Part shown: one piece after another, positions 18,158-27,486 of the stretch
Position numbering within the stretch: position 1 is the first letter of the stretch
Layout: each line of letters starts with the position of its first letter
Sequence record: SRR20825006_1429
Strand: one strand, 5' to 3'
Length of the DNA stretch: 38,933 nucleotides
Made by a program: the position numbers and the translations under genes
The notes under the pieces: generated by a model
What the model was told of the DNA's origin: nothing
Databases searched by the model: none
What the model saw: only the letters and a program-made list of their open reading frames with translations

Positions 18158-19114
18158 TCAACGAAGCCTCGGGTTTGACAGGATTGCAATGAGATCCGCC
18201 AGAGTGATCAGCGACAGGTAGCTGACGCAAAAGATCATGGCACAGGACTGGATCAGCGGCAGGTCGCGGGTAGAGACCGCATCGACCATCAGCTTGGCAA
18301 CACCCGGATAGTTGAAAATCGTCTCGACGATGATGACCCCGCCCACCAGATAGCTCAGCGACAGCGCGACCGCGTTGGCGATGGGTCCCAATGCATTGGG
18401 CAGCGCATGGCGCAACACCATGCGCGACAGGGACGCCCCCTTGAGCAGCGCCATCTCCACGTAAGGCGTGTTGATGGTTTCGATCACCGCGGCGCGGCTC
18501 ATGCGGATCATCTGCGCCGACACGACCAGCGACAAGGAGATCACCGGCATGGCATAGGCGCGCAGCATGGCCGACCAGCTGTCAAGTTCGACGCCGTAGC
18601 TGAGCGCAGGCAGCCACCCGAGCCAGACGGCAAAGACCAGCACGGCCAATGTGGCGACCATGAATTCAGGCACCGACACCACAGAGATTGTCAGCAAGGA
18701 CACCAGACGATCAAAGATCGAGCCACGCCACATGGCCGCACAGATCCCCAGCGTCAGCGCAACCGGCACCGACACCAGCGTCACGACACCGGCCAAACGC
18801 AGCGAGTTCAGAAGACGCCCGCCGATCAGTTCAGCAACTTCCATATTGTTGACATAGGACGTGCCCATATCGCCTTGGGCCAACCCCAAAAGCCAATGCA
18901 CGAAACGCGACAGCGCCGGTTCGTTCAGCCCCATCGCCTCGCGCAGACCCGCGACGGCTTCGGGCGTCGCGGCCTGGCCCAGCAGGATCTCTGCCACGTC
19001 ACCGGGCAGCATCGCCGTCGCGAAAAAGACCGCGAAGGACACGATGATCAATGTCACGAATGCGATGCCCAGTCTTTGCGCAACGAGAATGTATGGCAGA
19101 AGTGATCGGGTCAA
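18158..19114 (-). CDS. ABC transporter permease (DppB-like)
   Basis: LPGDVAEILLG, YVEMALLKG, RHALPNA, VETIFNYPG and RDLPLIQ; TTG start with GAGG SD. Confidence 0.93.
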   Translation of the reverse strand: MTRSLLPYILVAQRLGIAFVTLIIVSFAVFFATAMLPGDVAEILLGQAATPEAVAGLREAMGLNEPALSRFVHWLLGLAQGDMGTSYVNNMEVAELIGGRLLNSLRLAGVVTLVSVPVALTLGICAAMWRGSIFDRLVSLLTISVVSVPEFMVATLAVLVFAVWLGWLPALSYGVELDSWSAMLRAYAMPVISLSLVVSAQMIRMSRAAVIETINTPYVEMALLKGASLSRMVLRHALPNALGPIANAVALSLSYLVGGVIIVETIFNYPGVAKLMVDAVSTRDLPLIQSCAMIFCVSYLSLITLADLIAILSNPRLR

Positions 19115-19191
19115 AAGGCACCTCGTATCAGTTAATGGACGTCTGAAGAGCCGCGCGATACCGCGCGACCCTTATGTTCAGCGTAAATCGA

Positions 19192-20802
19192 TTACGCGTC
19201 CAGCCAGACATATTCGGCAAAGGCATAGCCCATCATGCCGCCCAGCGGGTTGGCCTCGAGGCCGCCCAGCTTGGATGTCACTGCGTCGACGTTGGAGATA
19301 TAGGCGGGAATGATCGTGCCTGCTTCGTTGGCCACCATTTCCTGCATTTCCCAATACATCGCCGTCCGCTTTTCCTCGTCCAGTGCGCCGCGCGCTTCGA
19401 TCATCATCTTATCGAATTTCTCGGACTTGTAATGGCTTTCGTTCCAGGGCGCATCGGACGCGTACAGCAGCGAGAACAGGATGTCCGGTGTCGGACGCGG
19501 GTTGATGTTGCCGAAGTGAACCGGCGACTTCAGCCAGTAGTTCGACCAGTAGCCATCGGACGGCACACGGTCGACCGTCAGGTTCATGCCGATTTCCGCG
19601 CCTGCTTGCTGGACCACTGTCGCCATGTCGACCGAGGACCCGGCCGCATCGGAGGCAACCATCGGAATCTCGACACCCAGCAGACCCGCTTTTTCAAAGT
19701 GGAACTTGGCCTTTTCAGGGTCAAAGTCACGCGGTGCCAGGTTGGGGTTGTGGTAACGGTTGGCCGACGACACGGGTTGGTCGTTGCCGATTTCCGCCAG
19801 ACCACGCAGAACCGATTTCTGGATCGCTTCACGGTTGATCAGCGATTTCATACCTTCGACGAAATCCATCTGCTCGCCCGGCGCTACGTCGAGCCGGATG
19901 TTCAGGTTGGTATAGTTGCCAGCGGTCGAGATGCTGGTGCGCACCGCGTCATTCCCTTCAACCATCCGCAAGGAACGGGGGTTCACCGCCGCCGCGAGCT
20001 GGATGTCGCCCGAGAGCAAAGCATTGACGCGCGCGTTGTTGTCGGGGATCGCGAAGAACTCAAAGCTGTCCAGATAGGCGCCTTGGGGCTTGAAGTAGTT
20101 GTCGTTGCGCACGCCGATAGACCGCACGCCGGGTTCAAACACTTCGCTTTTGAAAGCGCCCGTACCATTGGCGGTGGTGAAATCGGTGGTGCCGTCAGCG
20201 ACAATCATGAAGTGGTGCAGCGACAGGATGGTGGGAAGGTCGGCGTTCGGCTCGGCCAGAACGATCTTGACGGTCAGGTCGTCGACCTTGCTGATCTCGG
20301 CCATCTGCTTGGCCAGCGAGTTGGCTTTGGAGCCCACGGCCGGGTCAAGGTGACGGTTCATCGAGTACACGACATCATCCGCGCTCAGCGTTTTACCGTC
20401 GTGGAACTGTACGCCGGACTTCAGCTTGATGTTCCAAGTTTGCGCATCATCGGATTCAATGCTGTCGGCCAGCTCCATCTGCACATTGCCGTCACCGCCC
20501 AGGAATGTCAGGCGGTTATAGTAGGCGCAGCAGCGGACATAGTCGGTGGACAGTGTCGCCTTGGCCGGGTCCAGCGTGTCGGCGGTGGACGACGACCAAC
20601 CTGCGGCTTTCAGCGTGCCGCCCGTTGTCGGCGTTGCGGCAACGGCGGCTGTCGCATGGGACAAAAGCGTCCCACCTGCGGCCACGGCCACACCCGATGC
20701 CATAAGCATTTTCAGCAACTCGCGACGCGATGCGCCGCGGCGGATCATGTGTTCAACCGCTGCATCATCGCGGCTGGTCCAGTTTGTGGGTGTTTTGGTC
20801 AT
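19192..20802 (-). CDS. ABC transporter substrate-binding protein, family 5 (peptide/opine/nickel), Tat-exported
   Basis: Twin-arginine SRRELLK followed by a hydrophobic stretch; LDP, GVQFHDGKTLSADDVVYS and GTGAFK family 5 motifs. Confidence 0.93.
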   Translation of the reverse strand: MTKTPTNWTSRDDAAVEHMIRRGASRRELLKMLMASGVAVAAGGTLLSHATAAVAATPTTGGTLKAAGWSSSTADTLDPAKATLSTDYVRCCAYYNRLTFLGGDGNVQMELADSIESDDAQTWNIKLKSGVQFHDGKTLSADDVVYSMNRHLDPAVGSKANSLAKQMAEISKVDDLTVKIVLAEPNADLPTILSLHHFMIVADGTTDFTTANGTGAFKSEVFEPGVRSIGVRNDNYFKPQGAYLDSFEFFAIPDNNARVNALLSGDIQLAAAVNPRSLRMVEGNDAVRTSISTAGNYTNLNIRLDVAPGEQMDFVEGMKSLINREAIQKSVLRGLAEIGNDQPVSSANRYHNPNLAPRDFDPEKAKFHFEKAGLLGVEIPMVASDAAGSSVDMATVVQQAGAEIGMNLTVDRVPSDGYWSNYWLKSPVHFGNINPRPTPDILFSLLYASDAPWNESHYKSEKFDKMMIEARGALDEEKRTAMYWEMQEMVANEAGTIIPAYISNVDAVTSKLGGLEANPLGGMMGYAFAEYVWLDA

Positions 20803-20869
20803 TTCTATTTTCCCTGGTGTTGTTAAAGTTTAACCCTAGTGATCTTGTCGTCGCTTCAGGCCGCTGAGA

Positions 20870-21601
20870 TCACGCGCTAAAGGCATCGTCGGCCGCTTGG
20901 GCCAATTCGATCAACGCGTGAAAATGGTAATCCGGCACGGTGAACTCCTTGGGCGCGATGGTGCCGCCGTATCCGCCCTGGGCATGGCGCCGCTGAATCC
21001 AGGCGTTGGTCATGCCCAGCGCGCGCGAGATTCCGATGTCGTGGTACTGGCTTTGCGCCGTGTGCAGGATGTCGTCCTTGCAGCCGCCATCACGCTCGAC
21101 ATGGGCGAATACCTTTTGGAAATAGGCGCGGTCCGGCTTTTCCGTGCCGGTGTCGTCGGTGGTGAAACCGGCCCAGAACGGATTGCCCAATTTGGCGGAA
21201 TATTTGTCAAACGCCCAGCGCCGCGCGTTGGTCATCGCGATCAGCTTGTAGCGCGCCTTGAGCCGCGCCATCGCCTCGACGCTGTCGGCAAAGGGTTCGG
21301 CCTCGCCCACGGCGTCGATCATGTACTGGCGATATTCCGGGGTGTCGGGCAGGCCGAACACCTCGGCAATGCGCCCATAGCAGCGGCCCAGGTCGTCGGG
21401 GAACAGGTCCGCGTCAGGCTCGTAGCGCGCATCGCGGTATACGGCGAGCGCAGCCTCGCCGTTAAGATCAATGCCTTCTTTCGCTGCGATGTCTGCAAGG
21501 CCGCCTTTGATCGCACCTTCAAAGTCGATCAGTGTGCCGACCACATCAAAGCTGACGTAACCGAATTCTGTCAGGGGTTTCACATCGGTTGTCGTCGTCA
21601 T
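20870..21601 (-). CDS. HAD superfamily type II hydrolase, similar to L-azetidine-2-carboxylate hydrolase
   Basis: FDVVGTLID (motif I), AMTN, EKPD, ILHTAQSQYHD and WIQRRHAQGGYGGT. Start ATG 21601 with GAGG SD. The specific similarity is from recollection of that enzyme's sequence. Confidence 0.85.
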   Translation of the reverse strand: MTTTTDVKPLTEFGYVSFDVVGTLIDFEGAIKGGLADIAAKEGIDLNGEAALAVYRDARYEPDADLFPDDLGRCYGRIAEVFGLPDTPEYRQYMIDAVGEAEPFADSVEAMARLKARYKLIAMTNARRWAFDKYSAKLGNPFWAGFTTDDTGTEKPDRAYFQKVFAHVERDGGCKDDILHTAQSQYHDIGISRALGMTNAWIQRRHAQGGYGGTIAPKEFTVPDYHFHALIELAQAADDAFSA

Positions 21602-21796
21602 CTCTGATATCCTCAGTGCATAAGAGCGGATTTTCGCAATGTTCGAGAGCGGTGTTTCGGAACCGGCTTTCACGTTTTCTACCTTCAGGTTCCCCTGAAA
21701 CAGGCTCTGCAAAACGCCGAATGTGGGCAGGAGCACGGCAGATTCTACTGTATTCGGGAAAACAGCGGCATTTCCCTGCAATCTGCCATTTTCCCC

Positions 21797-22708
21797 TTAA
21801 TACCCGCGATCCTGATCGACCTGACCGGGCAATTCGGCGTTGTCGCGGCTGGCGCGGACCACCGCCAGAGCATGACGTGCGCCCTCGACAGCGTCCGTAT
21901 TTGCGGCAATGTGCGGTGTGATGAAAACGCGGGGATCTCGCCAAGCCCAGTGGTTTTCGGGCAATGGTTCAGGGGCGGTCACGTCCAGCATCGCAGAGGT
22001 CAGAACGCCATCGTCCAGCGCCTGCTTGAGCGCATCCATATCCAGCTGCGCCCCACGCCCCGCATGCACCAGACGCGCGCCATGGGGCAGCTTGGCAAAC
22101 AGCGTTGCGTTCAGGATGCCCTGCGTTTCATCGGTCAGGGGCAGCAGACAGATCAGAATGTCCGACTGTGCCAGAAAGTCCTCCAACCCGTCAGAAGCAA
22201 AAACCTTGATCCCCTCGACGGGTCTGCCGGATCGTGACCAGCCCGCCACGTCGAACTCCATGTCCGCCAGTGTCCGCGCCGCCAAAGCGCCGATACGGCC
22301 CATTCCCATGATACCGACGCGCGTGCCGCGCGCACGTGGGACCGCGTGGCCTTTCCATTGTCCGGCGCTGGCCTGTTGCACATAGGTCGGCATGTCGCGG
22401 TGCAACATCAGCGTGGCCATAACCACCCAATCGCGCACCATTTCGTCAATCCCCGGTGCAAGCGTGCGCACCAAGGTGACGCCCTCGGGCATCTTGGGCA
22501 TGTGGTCCACACCTGCCCCCGAGCCGATGACGACTTTCAGATTGGGATAGCGCCCAAGATCCTTTGGCGGCAGCCAGCACATCAGATGTGTGATTGCTGC
22601 CGGATCGGTCACCGCGTCCTCGCCCACGATAAACGGCTCGCCCGCTTCTTCAAACATCGGTCCCCAAACGGCAGCCCGCTCGGGGGTCGAGAGAAACAGG
22701 AACGCCAT
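21797..22708 (-). CDS. ghrA: Glyoxylate/hydroxypyruvate reductase A-like D-2-hydroxyacid dehydrogenase
   Basis: GAGVDH, GIMGMGRIG, LLPLTDET, AGRG, LDV..PEPLP and ITPHIA. Start ATG 22708 overlaps the aminotransferase stop. Confidence 0.85.
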   Translation of the reverse strand: MAFLFLSTPERAAVWGPMFEEAGEPFIVGEDAVTDPAAITHLMCWLPPKDLGRYPNLKVVIGSGAGVDHMPKMPEGVTLVRTLAPGIDEMVRDWVVMATLMLHRDMPTYVQQASAGQWKGHAVPRARGTRVGIMGMGRIGALAARTLADMEFDVAGWSRSGRPVEGIKVFASDGLEDFLAQSDILICLLPLTDETQGILNATLFAKLPHGARLVHAGRGAQLDMDALKQALDDGVLTSAMLDVTAPEPLPENHWAWRDPRVFITPHIAANTDAVEGARHALAVVRASRDNAELPGQVDQDRGY

Positions 22709-24081
22709 CAGCGCAACACCGCGCGAATTTCGGGATCTTCCAGCGTCAGGTCCAGCACGTTGCGGGTGCGTTCGACAATCGCGTCGATCTCGCCGTCGGT
22801 GCAGCACAGCGGCGGCGCGTAGCCAAAGATGCCTTGCGCAAACGACCGCACGATCAGGCCCTGATCCCATGCGCGGTCGAATAGCCGCGTGGCGGGCTGC
22901 ACGGCGGCAGGCAACGGGGTTTTCTTGTCCTTGTCCGTCACCAGTTCGACCGCCGCCAGCATGCCGCGGCCGCGCACATCACCCACCAACGGGTGATCGC
23001 GCAGGCTTTCCAGCCCTGCCATCAGGCGCGCACCGGCCTTGATGCCGTTGTCGAACAGGCCGCCCTCGTACAGCGCCAGAACCTCGAGCGCGACGGCTGC
23101 CGAAACCGGATGCGCGGAGTAGGTAAAGCCGTGGCCCACGGCCTTGGCCCCTGCCCCGTCGGCGATGGTGTCATAGACATGATCCGACATGAACACGGCC
23201 CCCATCGGCACATAGCCCGAGGTCAGACCCTTGGCACAGGTCATCAGGTCGGGCACGATGTCTTCTTCGGCGCTGGCAAAGATCGGGCCGGTGCGGCCAA
23301 AGCCGGTGATGACTTCATCGGCGATGAACAGGATGCCCAGTTCCTTGCAGACATCGCTCATTGCCTTGATCCAGCCCTTTGGCGGGACCAGAACGCCACC
23401 CGAGCCCTGGATCGGCTCGACATAGAATGCGGCGACCTTGTCTTCGCCAATCGTGGCCACCTTGGCACGCAATTCGGCAACCGACGCGTCGATGACCGTT
23501 TGCGCATCGTCCCCCAGCGGGTTGCGATACAGGTAGTGCGACGAAATCTTATGCTGCCACGCGTAAGGCACGCCAAAGCCGTCGTGGAACCCCGGCAGCG
23601 CGGTCAGGCCAGCCCCCATCGTGGTGGACCCGTGATAGCCCTGTTCGACCGAGATGAACTGATCGCGCTGGGGCTGGCCCTTGGAATGCCAGTAATAGCG
23701 GACAAAACGGATCGTGCTGTCGACGGCGTCCGACCCGCCAAGGGTGAAATAGATGTGGTTCAGATCGCCCGGGCTACGCTCGGCCAATTCAGCGGCCAGC
23801 CGGATCGGTGCCTCGGAGCCAAGATCAAAATAGCCGGTGGCGTAGGGCAGGCGACGCATCTGCTCGGCAGCGGCCTCGACCACGCTTTCATGGCCATAGC
23901 CTGCGTTCACGCACCACAGGCCTGCAAAGCCGTCGATCAACTGGCGGCCCTCGGCATCGGTGACGGTCGCGCCCTTGGCAGATTTCAGAACGCGCACGCC
24001 GCGCGCTTCGTGGCCGCGGAAGGACGATACCGGGTGAACAAGGTGCTGGCGGTCCAGCTCGACAAGGGAATTGGTCAGCAT
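22708..24081 (-). CDS. Class III (omega-amino acid) PLP aminotransferase
   Basis: DGFAGLWCVNAGYG, GGSDAVD, GYHG, EPIQGSGG, ADEVITGFGRTG, PDLMTCAKGLTSGY and HGFTYSAHP. Confidence 0.93.
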   Translation of the reverse strand: MLTNSLVELDRQHLVHPVSSFRGHEARGVRVLKSAKGATVTDAEGRQLIDGFAGLWCVNAGYGHESVVEAAAEQMRRLPYATGYFDLGSEAPIRLAAELAERSPGDLNHIYFTLGGSDAVDSTIRFVRYYWHSKGQPQRDQFISVEQGYHGSTTMGAGLTALPGFHDGFGVPYAWQHKISSHYLYRNPLGDDAQTVIDASVAELRAKVATIGEDKVAAFYVEPIQGSGGVLVPPKGWIKAMSDVCKELGILFIADEVITGFGRTGPIFASAEEDIVPDLMTCAKGLTSGYVPMGAVFMSDHVYDTIADGAGAKAVGHGFTYSAHPVSAAVALEVLALYEGGLFDNGIKAGARLMAGLESLRDHPLVGDVRGRGMLAAVELVTDKDKKTPLPAAVQPATRLFDRAWDQGLIVRSFAQGIFGYAPPLCCTDGEIDAIVERTRNVLDLTLEDPEIRAVLR

Positions 24082-24098
24082 GTCAGTCTCCGAAAGGA

Positions 24099-24950
24099 TC
24101 AGCCAAGTGCCTGCGACACAAGGGCATAGGTTTTGAAATCAGTAGAACGCGCGGATGCGGGGGCCTGTGCACGGCGCATGGCGATCCCGCCGCCTGCATG
24201 GTCCAGCCCAAGGTCCTGCGCATGGCCTGCAAGCCCGCTTTCTTCGACAAGGTCGACGCGCAGGAACTGACCTGCGCAACGGCTGGCCGCTTCGGCCATG
24301 AGCGCCCGCGCAGTGGCGTCATCTTTGGCCACGATCGGGCCAACAACCTTGCCACGTCCAAAGCTGCGGACCATGGCAAAACCGTCTTGGTGCACCAGAA
24401 CCTCGCCCCCGGCGGCGATGGTCGCAAGCAGCGCGTCCCGAGACAGGCCTGATGCCGCCGTGTCCATCTGCGCCAGCCGCGCGATGTCCTCTGTCGTGCC
24501 GGTCGCCACTGGCAGTTCGGGCTTTGCCGACCGCGCTATGCCCTGATGTTGCAGGATGCGACCCGTGGCCTGAAAGCCCAGCTTTTCATACAGCGGCAAG
24601 CCATCCGCCGTCGCCACCAGCCGCAGTTCGCGTGTGCCGCCAAGGGCAATGACCCGTTCCATCAGCGCACGCCCCAGACCGCGCCCCCGCATGGCAGCAT
24701 CGACGATAATCATGTTCATCGTCGCCACCGCGCCAAAGCCGGAGCACAGCGCCGTGCCCACAACCTGACCGTCCGCGATTGCCACAACCCCATCGGACAC
24801 AGACAGCGTCAGCGCCCAGTCCTCGGCGCGGTGCGGCCACTGAACCGCTTGTGACATGCGCAGCCCGTCGGTCAGGTGGTCCTGCGTGAAAGGGGCAAAG
24901 GTGATGTTTGTCTGGGGCAACGCCGTGCTGGCGGATTTGGCAATGGTCAT
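24099..24950 (-). CDS. GNAT N-acetyltransferase with YitH-like C-terminal domain
   Basis: WPHR, IIVDAAMRGRGLGRALM acetyl-CoA motif, LYEKLGF and FGRGKVVGPIVA. Confidence 0.85.
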   Translation of the reverse strand: MTIAKSASTALPQTNITFAPFTQDHLTDGLRMSQAVQWPHRAEDWALTLSVSDGVVAIADGQVVGTALCSGFGAVATMNMIIVDAAMRGRGLGRALMERVIALGGTRELRLVATADGLPLYEKLGFQATGRILQHQGIARSAKPELPVATGTTEDIARLAQMDTAASGLSRDALLATIAAGGEVLVHQDGFAMVRSFGRGKVVGPIVAKDDATARALMAEAASRCAGQFLRVDLVEESGLAGHAQDLGLDHAGGGIAMRRAQAPASARSTDFKTYALVSQALG

Positions 24951-25086
24951 GGGATGGTCCGTTTTGTTCAGGCTTAGCTTAGCGGCGCGCAGCTGGCAGT
25001 TTCGTCTTGTTCACTTGGACAGGCAGCAGTTTCGATCACATCTCCGCGGCAACGCCGCAGGATATGCCGCTTTGCGTTCCGGGTGT

Positions 25087-26205
25087 TTACGTGGACAGGG
25101 TCCGGCCCAGTGACAGGATCATATCGACCGCGCCCCCAAGTTCGTCCTGCGTCAGGTACTCCTCGGGGCGATGGGCACGCGCGATATCGCCGGGGCCACA
25201 GATGATCGACGGCACACCCGCCTGTTGGAACAGACCCGCCTCGGTGCCGAAGCTGACAGCGCCCAAGGGCGTCTGCCCCGAGATGTCTGCCACCACCTTC
25301 GCAAGCGGGTGATCCGCATCCAGCGCCAGTGCCGGATAGGTCGACATCCATTCACCACGCACGCCTTCGTCCAGCGCGTCCAGAACCGGCGCCAGCAACG
25401 CCTGCGGGTCGACACCCGCAATCGCGCGCGCTTCAATCTCTGCCTGGGCCGCCTCGGGGATGATGTTGATCGCCTGCCCCCCTTTGATCGTGCCGATTTG
25501 CAGGCTGGAGTATGGCGGCGCGAACCGTGTGTCCTGTAGCCCGGTCTCCAGCGCCTTGGCCTGCGTCGTCGCAGCCAGCAGCGCGGGAAGCAATCCGTGG
25601 ATCGCGTTTGCTCCCAGATCGGGGCGCGAGCTGTGGCCCGCGCGCCCTTCGGACAGCAACCGCAGCGCCGCCTTGCCCTTGTGCGCCAGTACCGGCACCA
25701 GCCCCGTCGGTTCACCCACGATGCAGCCCAAGGGGGCCGCACACAGATCGGGCAGTGCCGCCAGCATATGCGGCACACCACGGCATCCGGCCTCTTCATC
25801 ATAGGACAGGGCAATGTGCACCGGCGCGGACAGCTTCATCTTTTGCAGCGCAGGCACTGCGGCCAGAGCCGCCGCGACATAGCCTTTCATGTCACAGCAC
25901 CCGCGCCCGATCAGCCGTCCGTCGACACGCCGCATCACAAAGGGGTCGGCTTGCCATTCAGGTTCCTGCGCGGGCACGACGTCGACATGTCCTGACAGGA
26001 TATAGCCCGGCACCGAGGCATCACCGATGGTCGCAAACAGATTGTACCGATCGCCCTCTGGCCCCTTGAGCAAGGTAAAGGGGACGTCATGCGCGCGAAG
26101 GTAATCCGCGACAAACGCCATCAACGCGCCGTTGGGCGTGCCCACGACAGAGGGAAATCCGACCAGTCGGTCAAGCAGATCAGCGGGGGACAGGTCCAGT
26201 GTCAT
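25087..26205 (-). CDS. argE: Acetylornithine deacetylase-like M20 amidohydrolase
   Basis: LSGHVDVVP, GRGCCDMKG, SYDEEAGC, VGEPT, GHSS, FGTEAG and AHRPEE. Confidence 0.88.
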   Translation of the reverse strand: MTLDLSPADLLDRLVGFPSVVGTPNGALMAFVADYLRAHDVPFTLLKGPEGDRYNLFATIGDASVPGYILSGHVDVVPAQEPEWQADPFVMRRVDGRLIGRGCCDMKGYVAAALAAVPALQKMKLSAPVHIALSYDEEAGCRGVPHMLAALPDLCAAPLGCIVGEPTGLVPVLAHKGKAALRLLSEGRAGHSSRPDLGANAIHGLLPALLAATTQAKALETGLQDTRFAPPYSSLQIGTIKGGQAINIIPEAAQAEIEARAIAGVDPQALLAPVLDALDEGVRGEWMSTYPALALDADHPLAKVVADISGQTPLGAVSFGTEAGLFQQAGVPSIICGPGDIARAHRPEEYLTQDELGGAVDMILSLGRTLST

Positions 26206-26214
26206 TGATCAGGC

Positions 26215-26583
26215 TCAGGATGCGATAACGTAGATCTTGCGCACGGTCTCGATGGTCTTCCACTGACCGACAAAGCCCGGCTTCATGACAAAACTGTCAC
26301 CGGCACCAAAAGGAAATGTGTCGCCTCCGTCTTCGATGATCTCGACCCGGCCTGACAGGATATGACAAAACTCGAACGTGTCCCCCTTGATCGAAATGGT
26401 CGTACCAGGCGTTGCTTCCCACACGCCGGTTCTGATCTGACCCCATTTGGCAGCCTCGGCCAGCGCCGTGTCCAATTCCCAGGTCTGAAAGGACGGCGCG
26501 CCTTCGATCAGGCGTTCGGGGGCGGCAACATCCTTGCGCGGGGTGAAATCTGGCGCGTTGGGGATGGGAACGATATGGGGCAT
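26215..26583 (-). CDS. Cupin domain protein (DUF861/EutQ-like)
   Basis: TGVWEATPG, EFCHILSG and GDSFVMKPGFVGQW..IETVRKIY. Start ATG 26583. Confidence 0.85.
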   Translation of the reverse strand: MPHIVPIPNAPDFTPRKDVAAPERLIEGAPSFQTWELDTALAEAAKWGQIRTGVWEATPGTTISIKGDTFEFCHILSGRVEIIEDGGDTFPFGAGDSFVMKPGFVGQWKTIETVRKIYVIAS

Positions 26584-26804
26584 TGCTGGGTCTTTCTGAC
26601 AGAGCGCAGGTGGCGCGTTTGCGGGTATTGCCGATAAAGTGCCACTGCCCGCGCCGCCATCGTGACCAAAGATACGCACCCTGCGGCAGGTCGTGCCGCC
26701 CGCCGCGCCACATTCGCTATTTCGTGCTTTGAAAACCCGAAACGCGGCAAGCGCTGTGGCGTATTGCGGGTGATCATGATGCGAACAGAAGCCCGGAGAC
26801 CGAC

Positions 26805-27470
26805 ATGACCTTTCGCCCCAAATTCATCACCTTTGACTGCCACGGCACCATGATTTTCTTTGACATGGCGGGCGCCGCGCGCGCGCACTATGCCGACACC
26901 CTGACACCCGAGCAGATGGATAAATTCATCGCTGACTTCTCGGCCTACCGGCTGGACGAGGTGCTGGGCGCCTGGAAGCCCTATGCGGAACTCGTCCATA
27001 ACGCGCTGGAACGCACCTGCAAACGCAACGGCGTCACCTTTGACCCGGCGGTTGCCGCCGATATCTATACGCGTGTGCCAACATGGGGTCCGCACACAGA
27101 TGTGCCCGCAGGTCTGGCGAAGATCGCGGACAAGATCCCGCTGGTGGCGCTGACCAACTCGATGAACGACCAGATCCCGCACAACATCGAAAAGCTGGGC
27201 GCGCCCATCGCCCATGTCTACACGGCCGAAAGCGCAGGGGCCTACAAGCCGCAGATGCAGGCGTTCGAGTATATGTTCGACATGCTGGGCTGCGGTCCCG
27301 AGGATGTGCTGCACGTATCGTCCAGCTTTCGCTATGACCTGATGACCGCGCATGACATCGGCATCAAAAACAAGGTTTGGGTGAATCGCGGCCACGAGCC
27401 GGCGAACCCCTATTATGGCTATACAGAAATCAAGGACGTCTCGGGGCTGGCCGCCGTCGTCGGCCTGTAA
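26805..27470 (+). CDS. Haloacid dehalogenase type II family hydrolase
   Basis: ITFDCHGT, ALTN, AYKP, LHVSSSFRYD and WVNRG; GGAG SD. Confidence 0.88.
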   Translation: MTFRPKFITFDCHGTMIFFDMAGAARAHYADTLTPEQMDKFIADFSAYRLDEVLGAWKPYAELVHNALERTCKRNGVTFDPAVAADIYTRVPTWGPHTDVPAGLAKIADKIPLVALTNSMNDQIPHNIEKLGAPIAHVYTAESAGAYKPQMQAFEYMFDMLGCGPEDVLHVSSSFRYDLMTAHDIGIKNKVWVNRGHEPANPYYGYTEIKDVSGLAAVVGL

Positions 27471-27486
27471 GGGACCGGAACATACC

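Noticed and set aside
15778-20826. 600-aa (15778-17580) and 550-aa (19174-20826) plus-strand ORFs
   Set aside because: Antisense shadows of the ABC ATPase and substrate-binding protein genes.
26628-26646. Possible sigma-54 promoter upstream of the cupin (minus strand TGGCAC-TTTAT-CGGCA), with a loosely similar stretch at 5635-5656
   Set aside because: The -12 element deviates from TTGC, spacing differs between the two copies and no enhancer-binding protein is encoded in the window.
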